The notes under the pieces are model-generated. The model had not been told where the DNA came from, made no database searches, and saw only the letters and a list, made by a program, of their open reading frames with translations. Shown piece after piece: positions 8,892-19,635 of a DNA stretch of 64,000 nucleotides; the first letter of the stretch is position 1; every line of letters begins with the position of its first letter. The stretch comes from Candidatus Aenigmatarchaeota archaeon (lineage in GTDB: Archaea; Aenigmatarchaeota; Aenigmatarchaeia; CG10238-14; SpSt-28): positions 11,473 through 75,472 of the forward strand of contig JAHLMO010000001.1 in assembly GCA_018920305.1 (NCBI GenBank), read 5' to 3'. Both the position numbers and the translations under genes were made by a program.

Positions 8892-9908
8892 TTAAATTTT
8901 TACTAAATTAATTGGATTTCCATTTATAAAGCTTATAATATTTTCTAACGTAATTCTTCTAATTTCTTGAATTGCTTCATAAGTATTAAAAGCATTATGT
9001 GGAGTAATTATTACATTTTTTTCTTTATCTTCCAATTCTATTAGAATATGATTTGCAATTAAACTTTCTAAACTTTCCTTATCCAATTTACCTTTTAATA
9101 AAAGTTCTATTTCTTCTTTTATTAAGTTTTCTCCCTCTAATACATCTAGACCTACCGCTTTTACTTTTCCACTCTTTAAATATTTAACAAGCGCTTTTGT
9201 ATCTATCAAAGCCCCTCTAGCAGTATTTATAATTATTACACCATCTTTCATTTTTTCGAATGCCTCTTCATTAAGTAAATGAAAATTTTCTTTTGTTAAA
9301 TTTGCATGAATAGAAATTATATCAGAATTTCTTAATAATGTATCTAAATCTACATATTCATATCCAATTCTTCTAGCTTCTTCATAATTTGGATAAATAT
9401 CGTAACATATAACTCTCATTCCAAAAGCTTTTGCTATCTCAGCAACTCTTCTACCAATTTTTCCAGCACCAATAATTCCTAAAACTTTCCCCTTTAATTC
9501 AAATCCTCTCAAATTTTCTAAGCTAAAATCTCCTTTTCTTGTTCTTTCAAAACTTTCTATTATTTTTCTAGAAATTGCCAAAATTAATGCAAAAGTATGT
9601 TCAGCAACACTTTCTATTCCATAAGATGGTACATTAGAAACTAAAATATTCTTTTCTTTACATACTTTTAGATCTATATGATCATAACCTGTACTTCTTG
9701 TACAAATAAATTTTAACTTTTTTGCGTTTTTTAAAACTCTTTCATTAATTTTTGAATAAATAAATATACTTACTATATCTGAATTTTCTATTAAATGTGA
9801 GTTTTCTTCATTTAATGGAAAATCATAAAATTCTAGTTCGAATTCTTTTAAATTGTTCTTAAAAAATTCGATATCTTCGTTCGTTACTTCAAAAAAAGTT
9901 ATTCTCAT
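8892..9908 (-). CDS. D-isomer-specific 2-hydroxyacid dehydrogenase (NAD-dependent)
   Basis: The NAD-binding motif is GIIGAGKIGRRVAEIAKAFGMRV. The catalytic-region blocks typical of D-2-hydroxyacid dehydrogenases (INTARG, PHNAF) are also present. Confidence 0.8.
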   Translation of the reverse strand: MRITFFEVTNEDIEFFKNNLKEFELEFYDFPLNEENSHLIENSDIVSIFIYSKINERVLKNAKKLKFICTRSTGYDHIDLKVCKEKNILVSNVPSYGIESVAEHTFALILAISRKIIESFERTRKGDFSLENLRGFELKGKVLGIIGAGKIGRRVAEIAKAFGMRVICYDIYPNYEEARRIGYEYVDLDTLLRNSDIISIHANLTKENFHLLNEEAFEKMKDGVIIINTARGALIDTKALVKYLKSGKVKAVGLDVLEGENLIKEEIELLLKGKLDKESLESLIANHILIELEDKEKNVIITPHNAFNTYEAIQEIRRITLENIISFINGNPINLVKI

Positions 9909-10514
9909 CTAATTACATTTAGTATAGCCACATTCTGGATTTATGCAAGTATAACAACCTTCTTCGACCTTTAAAGTTTTCATTCCGCATTTAGGACAAA
10001 TTTGAAATTTATCATTTATATCTTCTTTAATATTAAAATCTAATATCTTGTTTTCTTCCTTTTTCTCTTTTTCTAACATTCCCATCTCTGTAAAAAATTC
10101 TTCTAAAATCTCAGCTAATTCGCCATAAAAAGATGCTATATATTTTCCATTTTTAAAATATCCAGTACCGTTTGGATCATATACACTTCTTAATTCCTCT
10201 AATATAAATGTAGGATCTTCTGTTCTTCTAAATATCGCAGATAGTAATCTAGTTAAAATCACAAACTCTGCAGCTTTTGTTAAATCTTTTGAATTTAAAA
10301 AAATTTCAAATGGCCTTACTTTATTACCATCTTTTATATAACCGATCGTAACAAAAACACTATGCTTTACAAATCTACTTTTTAATTTATATACTCTAGC
10401 ATCAATTACATAAGGTCTTTCTAAAGGTTTTGCTAAAGAAGTTTCATTTAATTCTTTTAATTCTTTCTTATCAGAAATCTCTTTTACTTTCTTAATCTTG
10501 GATAAAACAATCAT
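9909..10514 (-). CDS. Likely split C-terminal piece of class II ribonucleotide reductase (NrdJb-like) ending in a Cys-rich zinc finger
   Basis: It begins 2 nt after the stop of the RNR ORF on the same strand. The C-terminus CPKCGMKTLKVEEGCYTCINPECGYTKC is a 4+Cys zinc ribbon of the kind found at the C-terminus of class II RNRs. Confidence 0.5.
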   Translation of the reverse strand: MIVLSKIKKVKEISDKKELKELNETSLAKPLERPYVIDARVYKLKSRFVKHSVFVTIGYIKDGNKVRPFEIFLNSKDLTKAAEFVILTRLLSAIFRRTEDPTFILEELRSVYDPNGTGYFKNGKYIASFYGELAEILEEFFTEMGMLEKEKKEENKILDFNIKEDINDKFQICPKCGMKTLKVEEGCYTCINPECGYTKCN

Positions 10515-10516
10515 AA

Positions 10517-13048
10517 TTAATTATCTTCTATTTTTATATTTCCTTCTTTTATTAAATGATAAATTGTTGTCATTCTATTATTTATTACTAAAATTTCATC
10601 TCCTCTAACTCTATAAATATTTCCATTTTCATCTTCTATTTCAAAAATTTTAGAAGCAATTTCTTCAAATTCGCTCTTTTCTTTTATTTCTTTTAAAACT
10701 GGAAATCTACTTCCTTCTCTATAAATTGTTACACTTTTTAATCCTTTCTTCCAAGCATAGATATATAAATCAGAAATTACTTCTGGATGTATATCTGCTG
10801 GTAAATTAATTGTGCTTGAAATACTATGATCTATATATTTTTGAGCTATAGCTTGAATTTCTACTCTTCTAAATGGATCTATATAATGAGCAGTTTTAAA
10901 AAAACAAGAAGGTAAAATTTTCTTTAATTCATTAATATCAACATTTTGTGCAATCTCATTTAAATTATTCATATCTAAATAAGCTTGTATTGTAGAATGG
11001 AAAACTCTAAACATTTTATTTCTTTCAAAACTTTCCGTTCTTCTTAAATAATAAATTGCAAATATTGGTTCGATTCCACCACTAACTCCAATATATACTT
11101 TTCCATTATATTCAAAACTTTTTACGATATTTGAAATGCTTCCAGTTGGTGCAATACTTAATAAGGCTAAATTTCTTATTCCATATTTAGAAATTAATTT
11201 TCTAGTTTTTTTGCTTAATGCTTCCTTAGCAAAAGGATTTTGTAAATATTTTTCATAATCAATATCTAACTTTCCTTTTTCTTTAGCTAATAACGCACTG
11301 TATTTGTATGCATAATTAGCTATAAACCTCATTACTTTTTCCAAAACTTTTTGAGCCTCTTCACTATCATAATCTAAAAGTAATTGAATAAACATATCTG
11401 CAATTCCCATAACTCCTAAGCCAATTCTTCTAGTTTTTCTAGAAGCTTCTCTTTGCTTTTCCAATGGATGTAAAAGAATATTCCAACTAATTACGTTATC
11501 TAAAAATCTTATTGAATGCTTAACTACTTTCTTTAATAAATTAAAATCTATTTTCGCATTTTTAGTAAATGGATATAAAACAAATCTAGAGAGATTTATA
11601 GATCCCAAATTGCAAGCACCACCATCTTCTAACGGAACTTCACTACAAGGATTTGTTGTTATTATTGGAAATCCTACATAATCGCTAGGACTATACTTTT
11701 TCATTCTACTCCAAAACATTATACCTGGTTCTGCAGTTTTATAATTACTTTCAACGAATTTATTCCAAATATCTCTTGCTTTTACTAATTTTAAAATTTT
11801 GCCAGTTTGTTCACTTTCAAAATACAATAGAAAATCTCCAGCATATCTTATTGCTAAATCAAAATCTTCATTTTTTAATTCTATAACATAATCTCCAAAA
11901 ATATCTCTCTTATTTACATCTTTCAAATCTTCCTCTTTAATATCGACTCTATATTTTTCTTGCAAATATTTTTTCAAATCTTCAAAACTTTCAAATACTT
12001 TTTCCAAAGTGTATTTCTCTATGTCTTTGCCAGGAATTCCGTATGAATAATGAATATCTTGAATGTTTTTTACACTTTTTATTATTCCCTTATAATTTTT
12101 TCTATAAACTAATATTTTGTTTTCATATTTGTTTTGTTCCTCTAAGGCATGCATGATTTCATCGCTAACTTTTATGCTTATGTTTGCAAATCTTACTTGA
12201 GTATTTTCCATTATCTTTTTTTCAATTTCTTTTAATTCTTCTTCGCTAAATTTATCTGAAAACCTTAATTCTTCAATTATTTGAGAAGTTATCCAGTTTG
12301 GTACATGTTTAGCATCTATAAAATCAAAAACATCTGGATGTTTCACATCTATACTTAACATTAAAGCTCCTCTTCTTCCTTCTTGTCCAATTAGTCCTGT
12401 AGTTAAAGAATATAATTCCATAAAGCTTACGCTACCTGTAGATTTTAATGCAGCATTATGAACTACAGAATTTTTTGGTCTTAAAACGCTAATATCAATT
12501 CCTACTCCACCACCATAAGAATACGTTCTTGCAGCTTCATATGCTGCTTTATAAATTCCCTCTATGCTATCATCTTCTATAATAACTACAAAACAATTAG
12601 CTAAAGTTTTAACTCTAAATAAATCACCAGCACCAGCCAATACTCTTCCACCTGGTAAAAAATATCCTTCATACATTAAGTTGTAAAAAATTCTTGCATA
12701 TTTAATCGCATTTTCCTCTTTTTCTTCTGCAGAGGCTACAAAGGATGCAACCCTTAAAAATACATGCTCTGGCCTTTCTTCAATAAAATTTCCATCTAAA
12801 TCCTTTAAATAATATTTATTTTTATAAATGCTTTTTGCTAATTCGTTTGTTGCTAAATAATTTGGATTTGATGGCAACAAATCTTTATCGTACATTTCTA
12901 AAAGTTTGAAATAAATTTTTTTGTACTTTTCTATTCTTTCTATACCTAAAATTTTTACAATTTTTTTTGAAGGATTGTTAAACATTCTTAACATACCTTG
13001 GGCCAATTTTATACTTTCTTCTTTTTTTAAAGTTTTTAGAATTTCCAT
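10517..13048 (-). CDS. nrdJ: Adenosylcobalamin-dependent (class II) ribonucleotide reductase, catalytic part
   Basis: The active-site region is TTNPCSEVPLEDGGACNLGSINLSRF (NPC.E ... CNLGSINL). The N-terminal RNR all-alpha domain and the GYFLPGGRVLAGAG block are present. Confidence 0.85.
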   Translation of the reverse strand: MEILKTLKKEESIKLAQGMLRMFNNPSKKIVKILGIERIEKYKKIYFKLLEMYDKDLLPSNPNYLATNELAKSIYKNKYYLKDLDGNFIEERPEHVFLRVASFVASAEEKEENAIKYARIFYNLMYEGYFLPGGRVLAGAGDLFRVKTLANCFVVIIEDDSIEGIYKAAYEAARTYSYGGGVGIDISVLRPKNSVVHNAALKSTGSVSFMELYSLTTGLIGQEGRRGALMLSIDVKHPDVFDFIDAKHVPNWITSQIIEELRFSDKFSEEELKEIEKKIMENTQVRFANISIKVSDEIMHALEEQNKYENKILVYRKNYKGIIKSVKNIQDIHYSYGIPGKDIEKYTLEKVFESFEDLKKYLQEKYRVDIKEEDLKDVNKRDIFGDYVIELKNEDFDLAIRYAGDFLLYFESEQTGKILKLVKARDIWNKFVESNYKTAEPGIMFWSRMKKYSPSDYVGFPIITTNPCSEVPLEDGGACNLGSINLSRFVLYPFTKNAKIDFNLLKKVVKHSIRFLDNVISWNILLHPLEKQREASRKTRRIGLGVMGIADMFIQLLLDYDSEEAQKVLEKVMRFIANYAYKYSALLAKEKGKLDIDYEKYLQNPFAKEALSKKTRKLISKYGIRNLALLSIAPTGSISNIVKSFEYNGKVYIGVSGGIEPIFAIYYLRRTESFERNKMFRVFHSTIQAYLDMNNLNEIAQNVDINELKKILPSCFFKTAHYIDPFRRVEIQAIAQKYIDHSISSTINLPADIHPEVISDLYIYAWKKGLKSVTIYREGSRFPVLKEIKEKSEFEEIASKIFEIEDENGNIYRVRGDEILVINNRMTTIYHLIKEGNIKIEDN

Positions 13049-13092
13049 AGTAGTATATACTGCTAAGAATTTTTATAGATTTCTATAATATT

Positions 13093-14070
13093 ATGACAGA
13101 ATTTGTTATATGGGCAGAAAAATATAGGCCAAATAGAATAGATGATTTAATAGATCAGGAACATGTAAAAGAAAGAGTAAAAATGTTTTTAAAAGAAAAA
13201 AATTTGCCACATATGCTATTTACAGGCCCACCAGGAACTGGAAAAACTACATTAGCTTTAATAATTGCAAAAGAAATATATGGAGAAAATTGGAAAGCAA
13301 ATGTTTTAGAATTAAATGCTTCCGATGAGAGAGGAATAGATGTTATTAGAGGAAAAGTAAAGGAATTTGCAAGAACAAAAGCTATCGGAGATTTTCCCTT
13401 CAAAATAATTATAATGGACGAAGCAGATGCATTAACTCAAGAAGCTCAACAAGCATTAAGAAGAACTATGGAAGATTTTTCTTCAGTTACGAGATTCATA
13501 CTATGTTGTAACTATTCTTCTAAAATAATTGAACCTATCCAATCTAGATGTGCTGTTTTTAGATTTAAAGCACTACCAGAAAAAGCTCAAAGAGAGTTTA
13601 TAGATAGAATTGTTAAAGGAGAAAATTTAGAAATAGATGAAAAAGCGATAGAAGCAATAATTAATATTGCTGAAGGTGATTTAAGAAAAGTTGCAAATTT
13701 ATTACAAGCAGCTGCCTCTATATCTAAAAAAATTACCGCAGATATGATATATGAAGTTGCTTCATTAGCTAAGCCAAAAGAAGTTGAAGAAATGCTAAAT
13801 TTAGCATTATCTGGAACAATTGAAGGATTTAACAAGGCAAGAGAAAAATTAATATACTTTATAGTTAAAGAAGGTTTGGCTGGAGAAGATTTAATAAAAG
13901 AAATTTATAGACAAGCATTGAAATTAAATATTCAAGATGATAAAAAAATAGAATTAATAGAAAAAATTGGAGAGTATGAATTTAGAATTAATGAAGGTGG
14001 AGATGCACTAATTCAACTAACAGCTTTATTAGCTCAAATAGCTTTAATTGGAAAATCTATTAAGAAATGA
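13093..14070 (+). CDS. rfcS: Replication factor C small subunit
   Basis: It has the Walker A block [11 protein letters not shown] and Walker B block [11 protein letters not shown]. The SRC motif ([11 protein letters not shown]) and an RFC-box-like N-terminus are also present. Confidence 0.9.
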   Translation: MTEFVIWAEKYRPNRIDDLIDQEHVKERVKMFLKEKNLPHMLFTGPPGTGKTTLALIIAKEIYGENWKANVLELNASDERGIDVIRGKVKEFARTKAIGDFPFKIIIMDEADALTQEAQQALRRTMEDFSSVTRFILCCNYSSKIIEPIQSRCAVFRFKALPEKAQREFIDRIVKGENLEIDEKAIEAIINIAEGDLRKVANLLQAAASISKKITADMIYEVASLAKPKEVEEMLNLALSGTIEGFNKAREKLIYFIVKEGLAGEDLIKEIYRQALKLNIQDDKKIELIEKIGEYEFRINEGGDALIQLTALLAQIALIGKSIKK

Positions 14071-14267
14071 TAGATAAAGAACTATTAGATATCTTAGCTT
14101 GTCCAAAATGTAAAGGAGATTTAGAATTAAAAGAAATGTTTTTAGTATGTTATAATTGCAAGTTGGCTTTTCCTATTTTAGACGATGTCCCAGATTTACT
14201 ATTAGAAGATGCCTGGAAATTAGAAGATGCCGAAAAAAACAACTTTAAACACCAACTTCATTTATGA
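14067..14267 (+). CDS. Trm112/UPF0434-family small zinc-ribbon protein
   Basis: [14 protein letters not shown]...[18 protein letters not shown] matches the Trm112-like fold. The ATG overlaps the rfcS stop (ATGA). Confidence 0.65.
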   Translation: MIDKELLDILACPKCKGDLELKEMFLVCYNCKLAFPILDDVPDLLLEDAWKLEDAEKNNFKHQLHL

Positions 14268-15039
14268 TTTTTTTATATAAATTTTTTGCTTTTTCATAAC
14301 TTTTCATATCGTTAATTGGTAACCAAATATCGTGTGAAACAAATAGACTATATAATTTTCTTTCTTTTGATAATTTAGGTAATATTATATCTTCAAATTC
14401 TATTGATTTTAGTTCATTTAAATCGATATATTCATCTATCAAATCTATTACTTCTTTTTCTAGTAAATACATTCCTATAGATACAAAAACATTCATTAAT
14501 GGTTTTTCAATAAAATCTATAATAAAGTTATTTTCTACTTTTGCAACCCCAAAAGGAAATTCAAAACCATTAGTTAATACAATTGTTCCTAAGATATCAT
14601 ATCTTTTTCTAACTTCTAAATGAGTTAATAATAATTTAATTGGTAAGAAATTATCTAATTTTAAATCATCTGGAAAAGATATTATAATTCTTTCTCTTTT
14701 CAAAATTCCTACTTCATATGCATATTTTAATGCTTTTCCTTTTCCCCAATTACTTGTTTTAGGATCTATGCAAATTTCATAATTTATTTTATCTCTATAG
14801 TTTCTTTTTTCTAAATGATCTATTATTTGATCTGCATATTTTCCAAGCAAAAATATGAAATTCCTAAATCCGCAACTAAAATATAAATCAATTTCTTTAT
14901 CTAAGAGTGTATAATTTTCAGAAAGTTCTAATAAAGCTTTAGGCATATCTATATTCATTCTTTTTCCGCTTCCACCAGCTAAAATTACTACTTTTGTATC
15001 TCTAATTTCTTTCTCAATTTCTTTAAAAACATTACTCAT
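14245..15039 (-). CDS. Sugar-phosphate nucleotidyltransferase (NTP_transferase family)
   Basis: The N-terminal VVILAGGSGKRM...PKALL signature is that of NDP-sugar pyrophosphorylases. Confidence 0.7.
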   Translation of the reverse strand: MSNVFKEIEKEIRDTKVVILAGGSGKRMNIDMPKALLELSENYTLLDKEIDLYFSCGFRNFIFLLGKYADQIIDHLEKRNYRDKINYEICIDPKTSNWGKGKALKYAYEVGILKRERIIISFPDDLKLDNFLPIKLLLTHLEVRKRYDILGTIVLTNGFEFPFGVAKVENNFIIDFIEKPLMNVFVSIGMYLLEKEVIDLIDEYIDLNELKSIEFEDIILPKLSKERKLYSLFVSHDIWLPINDMKSYEKAKNLYKKIINEVGV

Positions 15040-15074
15040 ATTATATTTATTTTTTAACGTTAATTATAAGATGT

Positions 15075-15482
15075 ATGATATTAGGCTATTCCATAACATA
15101 TTTGAATGCAGAAAAATTTGAAATAAAGGAAAATATAAATAAACTCGATATTAATACAAGCTTAAATATAAAAAATATACAAGAAATGAAAGTTCAGCAA
15201 GAGAAAAAACAACAAAAAGTATTAAAAGTAGATTTCGAATTTTTAGTTAACTATGAACCAAAAATTGGAGAAATTAGAATAGAAGGTTATTTAATTTATT
15301 CTGGAAAAGATATGGAAGAGATCTTAGAAAAATGGCAAAAAGATAAAAAAATTGAAAACAAAGAATTTGAAATAGAAGTAAAAAATTTTATATTAAGAAG
15401 AGGTGTTATAATATCGACATTTTTAAGTGAATACCTCGCTATTCATCCACCGATACCAATACCTCAAATTTTACCTAAATAA
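15075..15482 (+). CDS. Hypothetical protein of 135 aa
   Basis: An ORF with no recognisable motif. Confidence 0.35.
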   Translation: MILGYSITYLNAEKFEIKENINKLDINTSLNIKNIQEMKVQQEKKQQKVLKVDFEFLVNYEPKIGEIRIEGYLIYSGKDMEEILEKWQKDKKIENKEFEIEVKNFILRRGVIISTFLSEYLAIHPPIPIPQILPK

Positions 15483-15486
15483 TTTA

Positions 15487-15951
15487 ATGTTAGAAGAATT
15501 AATAAAAGATTTATCATATTTAGGTTTTTTTATAGCTGGTTTGATAAGCTCTTCAACAATCTTTTTCCCTATACCATTTTATTTTTTAATAGCAATTTCA
15601 CCAAAATTAGGATTAAACCCTTATATAGCTGCATTATTTAGTGCTGCTGGAGCTACGTTAGGAGAATTAACGTCATACTTTGTTGGTCAAGGTATTTCTT
15701 CTTATGCATGGAACAAATTAAAAGAAAATAAAACATACAAGAGAATGATAAGATTATTTGAAAAATATGGAAGTCGAATATTAATAGTTTTTTCTTTTTC
15801 TCCCTTACCTTTTGATTTTATTGGAATCATGTGTGGATTTTTAAAATATGATCTAAAAAAATTTTTAATAATAACATTTATAGGTAAGTTATTTAAAATG
15901 TTATTAATAGCTTATTTTGGAGAAATCGCACTACATTATATAGGATGGTAA
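15487..15951 (+). CDS. DedA/YqaA-family membrane protein
   Basis: GLISSSTIFFPIPFYFLIAISPKLGLNPYIAALFSAAGATLGELTSYFVGQG matches the SNARE-associated/DedA core. The start was chosen at the internal Met (MLEELIK...), whereas the track ORF begins at 15427. Confidence 0.6.
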   Translation: MLEELIKDLSYLGFFIAGLISSSTIFFPIPFYFLIAISPKLGLNPYIAALFSAAGATLGELTSYFVGQGISSYAWNKLKENKTYKRMIRLFEKYGSRILIVFSFSPLPFDFIGIMCGFLKYDLKKFLIITFIGKLFKMLLIAYFGEIALHYIGW

Positions 15952-16295
15952 AAGAAATAAAGCAAGTAATAGTTATTAGAACTGATTTAGAAATGGGAAA
16001 AGGAAAAATGATATCCCAAGCTTGTCATGCAAGTTTAGAAGCTTATAAACTAGCTCCACCATATTTTAAAAATAAATGGAAATTTTTTGGATATAAGAAA
16101 GTAGTTCTAAAAGTTTCCAGCTTAGAAGAATTGTTAAAAATATATGAAGAAGCAAAAAAAGAAAAAATACCTTGTGTATTAATAAAAGATGCAGGAAAAA
16201 CTCAATTAGAAAGCGGAACTATTACTTGCGTTGCACTTGGTCCATACTATTCAGAAAAAATCGATAAAATTACAAAAAATCTAAAATTATTATGA
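15945..16295 (+). CDS. pth2: Peptidyl-tRNA hydrolase, archaeal PTH2 type
   Basis: QVIVIRTDLEMGKGKMISQACHAS ... CVLIKDAGKTQLESGTITCVALGP is the hallmark of the PTH2 family. The length is 116 aa. Confidence 0.85.
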   Translation: MVKEIKQVIVIRTDLEMGKGKMISQACHASLEAYKLAPPYFKNKWKFFGYKKVVLKVSSLEELLKIYEEAKKEKIPCVLIKDAGKTQLESGTITCVALGPYYSEKIDKITKNLKLL

Positions 16296-16404
16296 AAAGA
16301 AAAAAGAAAAGATTAGAAAAAGAAATCGAAGAATTTGCATTAAAAGAATTTTATAAATTTATTAAGAAGATAAGAAAAAATGAAAAGAATTTAAGATATA
16401 TTGG

Positions 16405-18693
16405 TTAGCCTATATATCTTTCTTTTCTTCTTTCTGTTTCTATTACTCTTTTCTTCAATCTCTCTTCGAACTTCTTATAAAATTCTATCATTTCCTTAGA
16501 AATAGATGGTTTTACTATTTCTAATGCCTTTTCAAAATGAATTGCTTTAATTAACATTTTTTCTGGCTCTATCTTTTTTTCTATAGCCTCTCTTAAAGCT
16601 AAAATAGCTGCTTCTTTACATATCGCTTCTAAATCAGCTCCACTATAGTTTTCTGCTTTTTCTGCAATTTTTTCTAAATCAACGTCTTTATCTAATGGCA
16701 TGTTTCTTGTATGAATTTTAAGAATTTCTAATCTGCCTTTTGCATCTGGTGGGGGAACATAAATTAATCTATCAAATCTTCCTGGCCTCAATAATGCTGG
16801 ATCTAATATATCTGGTCTGTTTGTAGCTGCAATAACTACTACATTTTTTAAATCTTTTATTCCACTCATTTCCGTTAATAATTGTGCAACTACATTTTCT
16901 GTAATTCTTGTACCAACTTCTAATCCTCTCATAGGAGCAATAGCATCTATTTCGTCTATAAAAATAATGCTTGGAGAAACTTCTCTTGCTTTTCTAAATA
17001 TCTCTCTTATTGCTTTTTCGCTTTCACCAACCCACTTACTAAATATTTCTGGTCCTTTAATAGCAATAAAGTTTGCTCCGCTTTCGTTTGCAACAGCTTT
17101 AGCTAATAATGTTTTTCCTGTTCCTGGTGGACCATATAATAATACTCCCTTTGGCGGTTCTATTCCTAATCTTTCAAAATATTTTGGATATTTTAACGGC
17201 CATTCAACTATTTCTCTTAATTTTTGTTTTACTTCTTCTAATCCACCGATATCTTCCCATTTAACTTTTGGAACTTCTACAAAAACTTCTCTCATTGCGC
17301 TTGGTTGAACAACTCTTAATGCATATTCAAAATCTTCCTTTTTAACGACCAATTTTTCTAAAACTTCTCTTGGAATTTCTCCTTCTTTATAATTTTGAAT
17401 TTCTGGCAAAACTCTTCTTAGTGCATGCATAGCAGCTTCTTTACATAAAGCAGCCAAATCTGCACCTACATAGCCATGAGTAATTTCTGCAATTTTTTCT
17501 AAATCAACGTCTTTATCTAATGGCATGTTTCTTGTATGAATTTTAAGAATTTCTAATCTGCCTTTTGCATCTGGTGGAGGTACTTCTATTTCTCTATCAA
17601 ATCTTCCAGGTCTTCTTAATGCTGGATCTAATGCATTTGGTCTATTAGTTGCTCCAATAACAATAACTTTTCCTCTACTTTTTAATCCATCCATTAAAGC
17701 TAATAATTGGGCTACTATTCTCTTTTCAACTTCACCAACAACTTCTTCTCTTTTAGGAGCAACAGCATCTATTTCATCTATAAAAATAATGCTTGGGGCA
17801 TTTTTTTCTGCTTCTTCAAAAATATCTCTTAATCTTTTTTCACTTTCTCCAAACCACTTACTCATTATTTCAGGACCATTAATAGAAATAAAATATGCTC
17901 CGCTTTCGTTTGCAACAGCTTTAGCTAATAATGTTTTTCCTGTTCCTGGTGGACCATATAATAATACTCCCTTTGGCGGTTCTATTCCTAATCTTTCAAA
18001 AATTTCTGGATGTCTTAGAGGTAATTCAACAATTTCTCTTAATTTTCGTTTTACTTCTTCCAAATCTCCAATATCTTCCCAAGTAATCTTCGGAATTCCC
18101 CTTTCTTCTACTTCTATAAATTTTGGTTTTTCTTTCAAAACTTCTATTACAGTTTCATCATCAATAACTACAATTCCAGAAGGTTCAGTATTTACTACAT
18201 AGAAAGTGATTTGAGGAAATGGATTAAAGAAAAAGAAATCTTCTATATCTTCTCCGAAAATTGTTGATAAAAATTCATCTCTTCTTCTATATATTGGAGA
18301 AGGAACTATCAAATCTCCTTTAACTACAGGTCTTTTTAAAAGACTTTGTTTTAAATAAGAAATGCTAGCTGTAAATATTTTTTCTTCAGCAGGAGCTAAT
18401 ATAACTTTTTTTGCAATTTTATATTCTGCTTTTCTAACTTTTACGTTTTCTCCAACAGAAACTCTAGCGTTTCTTCTTGTAATTCCATCCATTCTTATTA
18501 TATTTAAACCTATATCTGCAGGATAAGCTCTTAAAGCAATTGCAGCTGTTTTTCTTTTTCCTTCTATTTCTACTATTTCTCCCTCTCTAACTCCTATTTT
18601 TAATAAATTGTTTGAATCAATTCTAACAATTCCTTTATAAGATTCTTCTTTCGCAGTTAATTCTCCAACTCTCAATATAAGCTCTTCTGGCAT
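16405..18693 (-). CDS. cdc48: CDC48/VCP-like AAA+ ATPase (N-domain plus D1 and D2 AAA domains)
   Basis: Two full AAA modules are present. Each carries [34 protein letters not shown], the SRH and [25 protein letters not shown]48 N-terminal double-psi barrel region is also present. Confidence 0.9.
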   Translation of the reverse strand: MPEELILRVGELTAKEESYKGIVRIDSNNLLKIGVREGEIVEIEGKRKTAAIALRAYPADIGLNIIRMDGITRRNARVSVGENVKVRKAEYKIAKKVILAPAEEKIFTASISYLKQSLLKRPVVKGDLIVPSPIYRRRDEFLSTIFGEDIEDFFFFNPFPQITFYVVNTEPSGIVVIDDETVIEVLKEKPKFIEVEERGIPKITWEDIGDLEEVKRKLREIVELPLRHPEIFERLGIEPPKGVLLYGPPGTGKTLLAKAVANESGAYFISINGPEIMSKWFGESEKRLRDIFEEAEKNAPSIIFIDEIDAVAPKREEVVGEVEKRIVAQLLALMDGLKSRGKVIVIGATNRPNALDPALRRPGRFDREIEVPPPDAKGRLEILKIHTRNMPLDKDVDLEKIAEITHGYVGADLAALCKEAAMHALRRVLPEIQNYKEGEIPREVLEKLVVKKEDFEYALRVVQPSAMREVFVEVPKVKWEDIGGLEEVKQKLREIVEWPLKYPKYFERLGIEPPKGVLLYGPPGTGKTLLAKAVANESGANFIAIKGPEIFSKWVGESEKAIREIFRKAREVSPSIIFIDEIDAIAPMRGLEVGTRITENVVAQLLTEMSGIKDLKNVVVIAATNRPDILDPALLRPGRFDRLIYVPPPDAKGRLEILKIHTRNMPLDKDVDLEKIAEKAENYSGADLEAICKEAAILALREAIEKKIEPEKMLIKAIHFEKALEIVKPSISKEMIEFYKKFEERLKKRVIETERRKERYIG

Positions 18694-18773
18694 AATATTA
18701 TCTTTAAAAATCTTTTTAAAAGAAAAAATAGATCTCCAAAAATTATATTTAAAATTTTACTTTATTATTTTTT

Positions 18774-19625
18774 ATGAATACAATGAAAGAAACTATCGAA
18801 CAAAAAGAAGATTTTGTAAATCTTGTAAAAATTATAGAAAAAAGTTTAAGATCTATTAAGGATGAGTGGAAATTTTTAATTTTGGTTTTTATTCCATGGA
18901 TTCTCTATTTGATATTGCTAGAATTAAAGTTATTGAGACTCGAATTAACCATAGCTAGTATATTCTCAATAACACCTCCAATATTACCATTAGTTGGTAG
19001 CGAGTTATTTATTTCGAATATAAAAATTGACAAGTGGGCTAGTCAATTAGAGTATGCTCTAAAAGCTAAAGATAAAACTGTAATTGAAAATGTCATTAAA
19101 AACATGTTAGCGACGCAAATCTTTTCATTTGGTGTTATTGTATATTATTTTTTCATTTATTCATTATATTCCGGAAAGAAACTTAAAAGAGTTGATTTTA
19201 TCTTCCCTATTCTTCTTGCATTCTTTTTTTCACTTCTAATTGGATATATATCTAAAATTCAATATCTTATTATTTCTCTTTTTAGTCTTATTCTAGCTCT
19301 AGTTATTCCAATTAGAAACGATGGATTTAGTTTTATCGACTCTTTTAGAGAAAGTTTTAAAAGATTTAAAGAAAATTGGTTTGAACTTATTTTAATACTT
19401 TTAATTGTGTTAGGCTTACAGACTTTTGCAACTATTCTAATTAGAGAAGCAGGAAATTTATTACTAGAGTTCTTGAATTTAAGTTACGATGTTAAGAAAA
19501 AGATAGAATTAATCCTAGTTTTTCTTGTATTAAGCGCTATTGTTCTCTTTCAAATTATTCTCTTAACAAATTACTATCTAACTAGAAAAGAAAATAGCAA
19601 ACAAAATCAAACGTTAAATATTTAA
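18774..19625 (+). CDS. Hypothetical polytopic membrane protein of 283 aa
   Basis: It contains several hydrophobic helices and has no family signature. Confidence 0.45.
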   Translation: MNTMKETIEQKEDFVNLVKIIEKSLRSIKDEWKFLILVFIPWILYLILLELKLLRLELTIASIFSITPPILPLVGSELFISNIKIDKWASQLEYALKAKDKTVIENVIKNMLATQIFSFGVIVYYFFIYSLYSGKKLKRVDFIFPILLAFFFSLLIGYISKIQYLIISLFSLILALVIPIRNDGFSFIDSFRESFKRFKENWFELILILLIVLGLQTFATILIREAGNLLLEFLNLSYDVKKKIELILVFLVLSAIVLFQIILLTNYYLTRKENSKQNQTLNI

Positions 19626-19635
19626 TATTTAATAG

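Noticed and set aside
10517-13048. An intein in the RNR or in PolB
   Set aside because: Both proteins are of ordinary length (843 and 814 aa). Neither has a Cys/Ser ... HN splice-junction block or a homing-endonuclease insert.
13155-13835. Two 82-aa minus-strand ORFs inside rfcS
   Set aside because: They are antisense to a well-supported AAA+ gene and carry no motifs.
16967-18202. Two mutually similar 113-aa and 137-aa plus-strand ORFs (16967-17308 and 17789-18202)
   Set aside because: They are antisense shadows of the two AAA domains of cdc48. Their similarity to each other simply mirrors the D1/D2 repeat on the coding strand.
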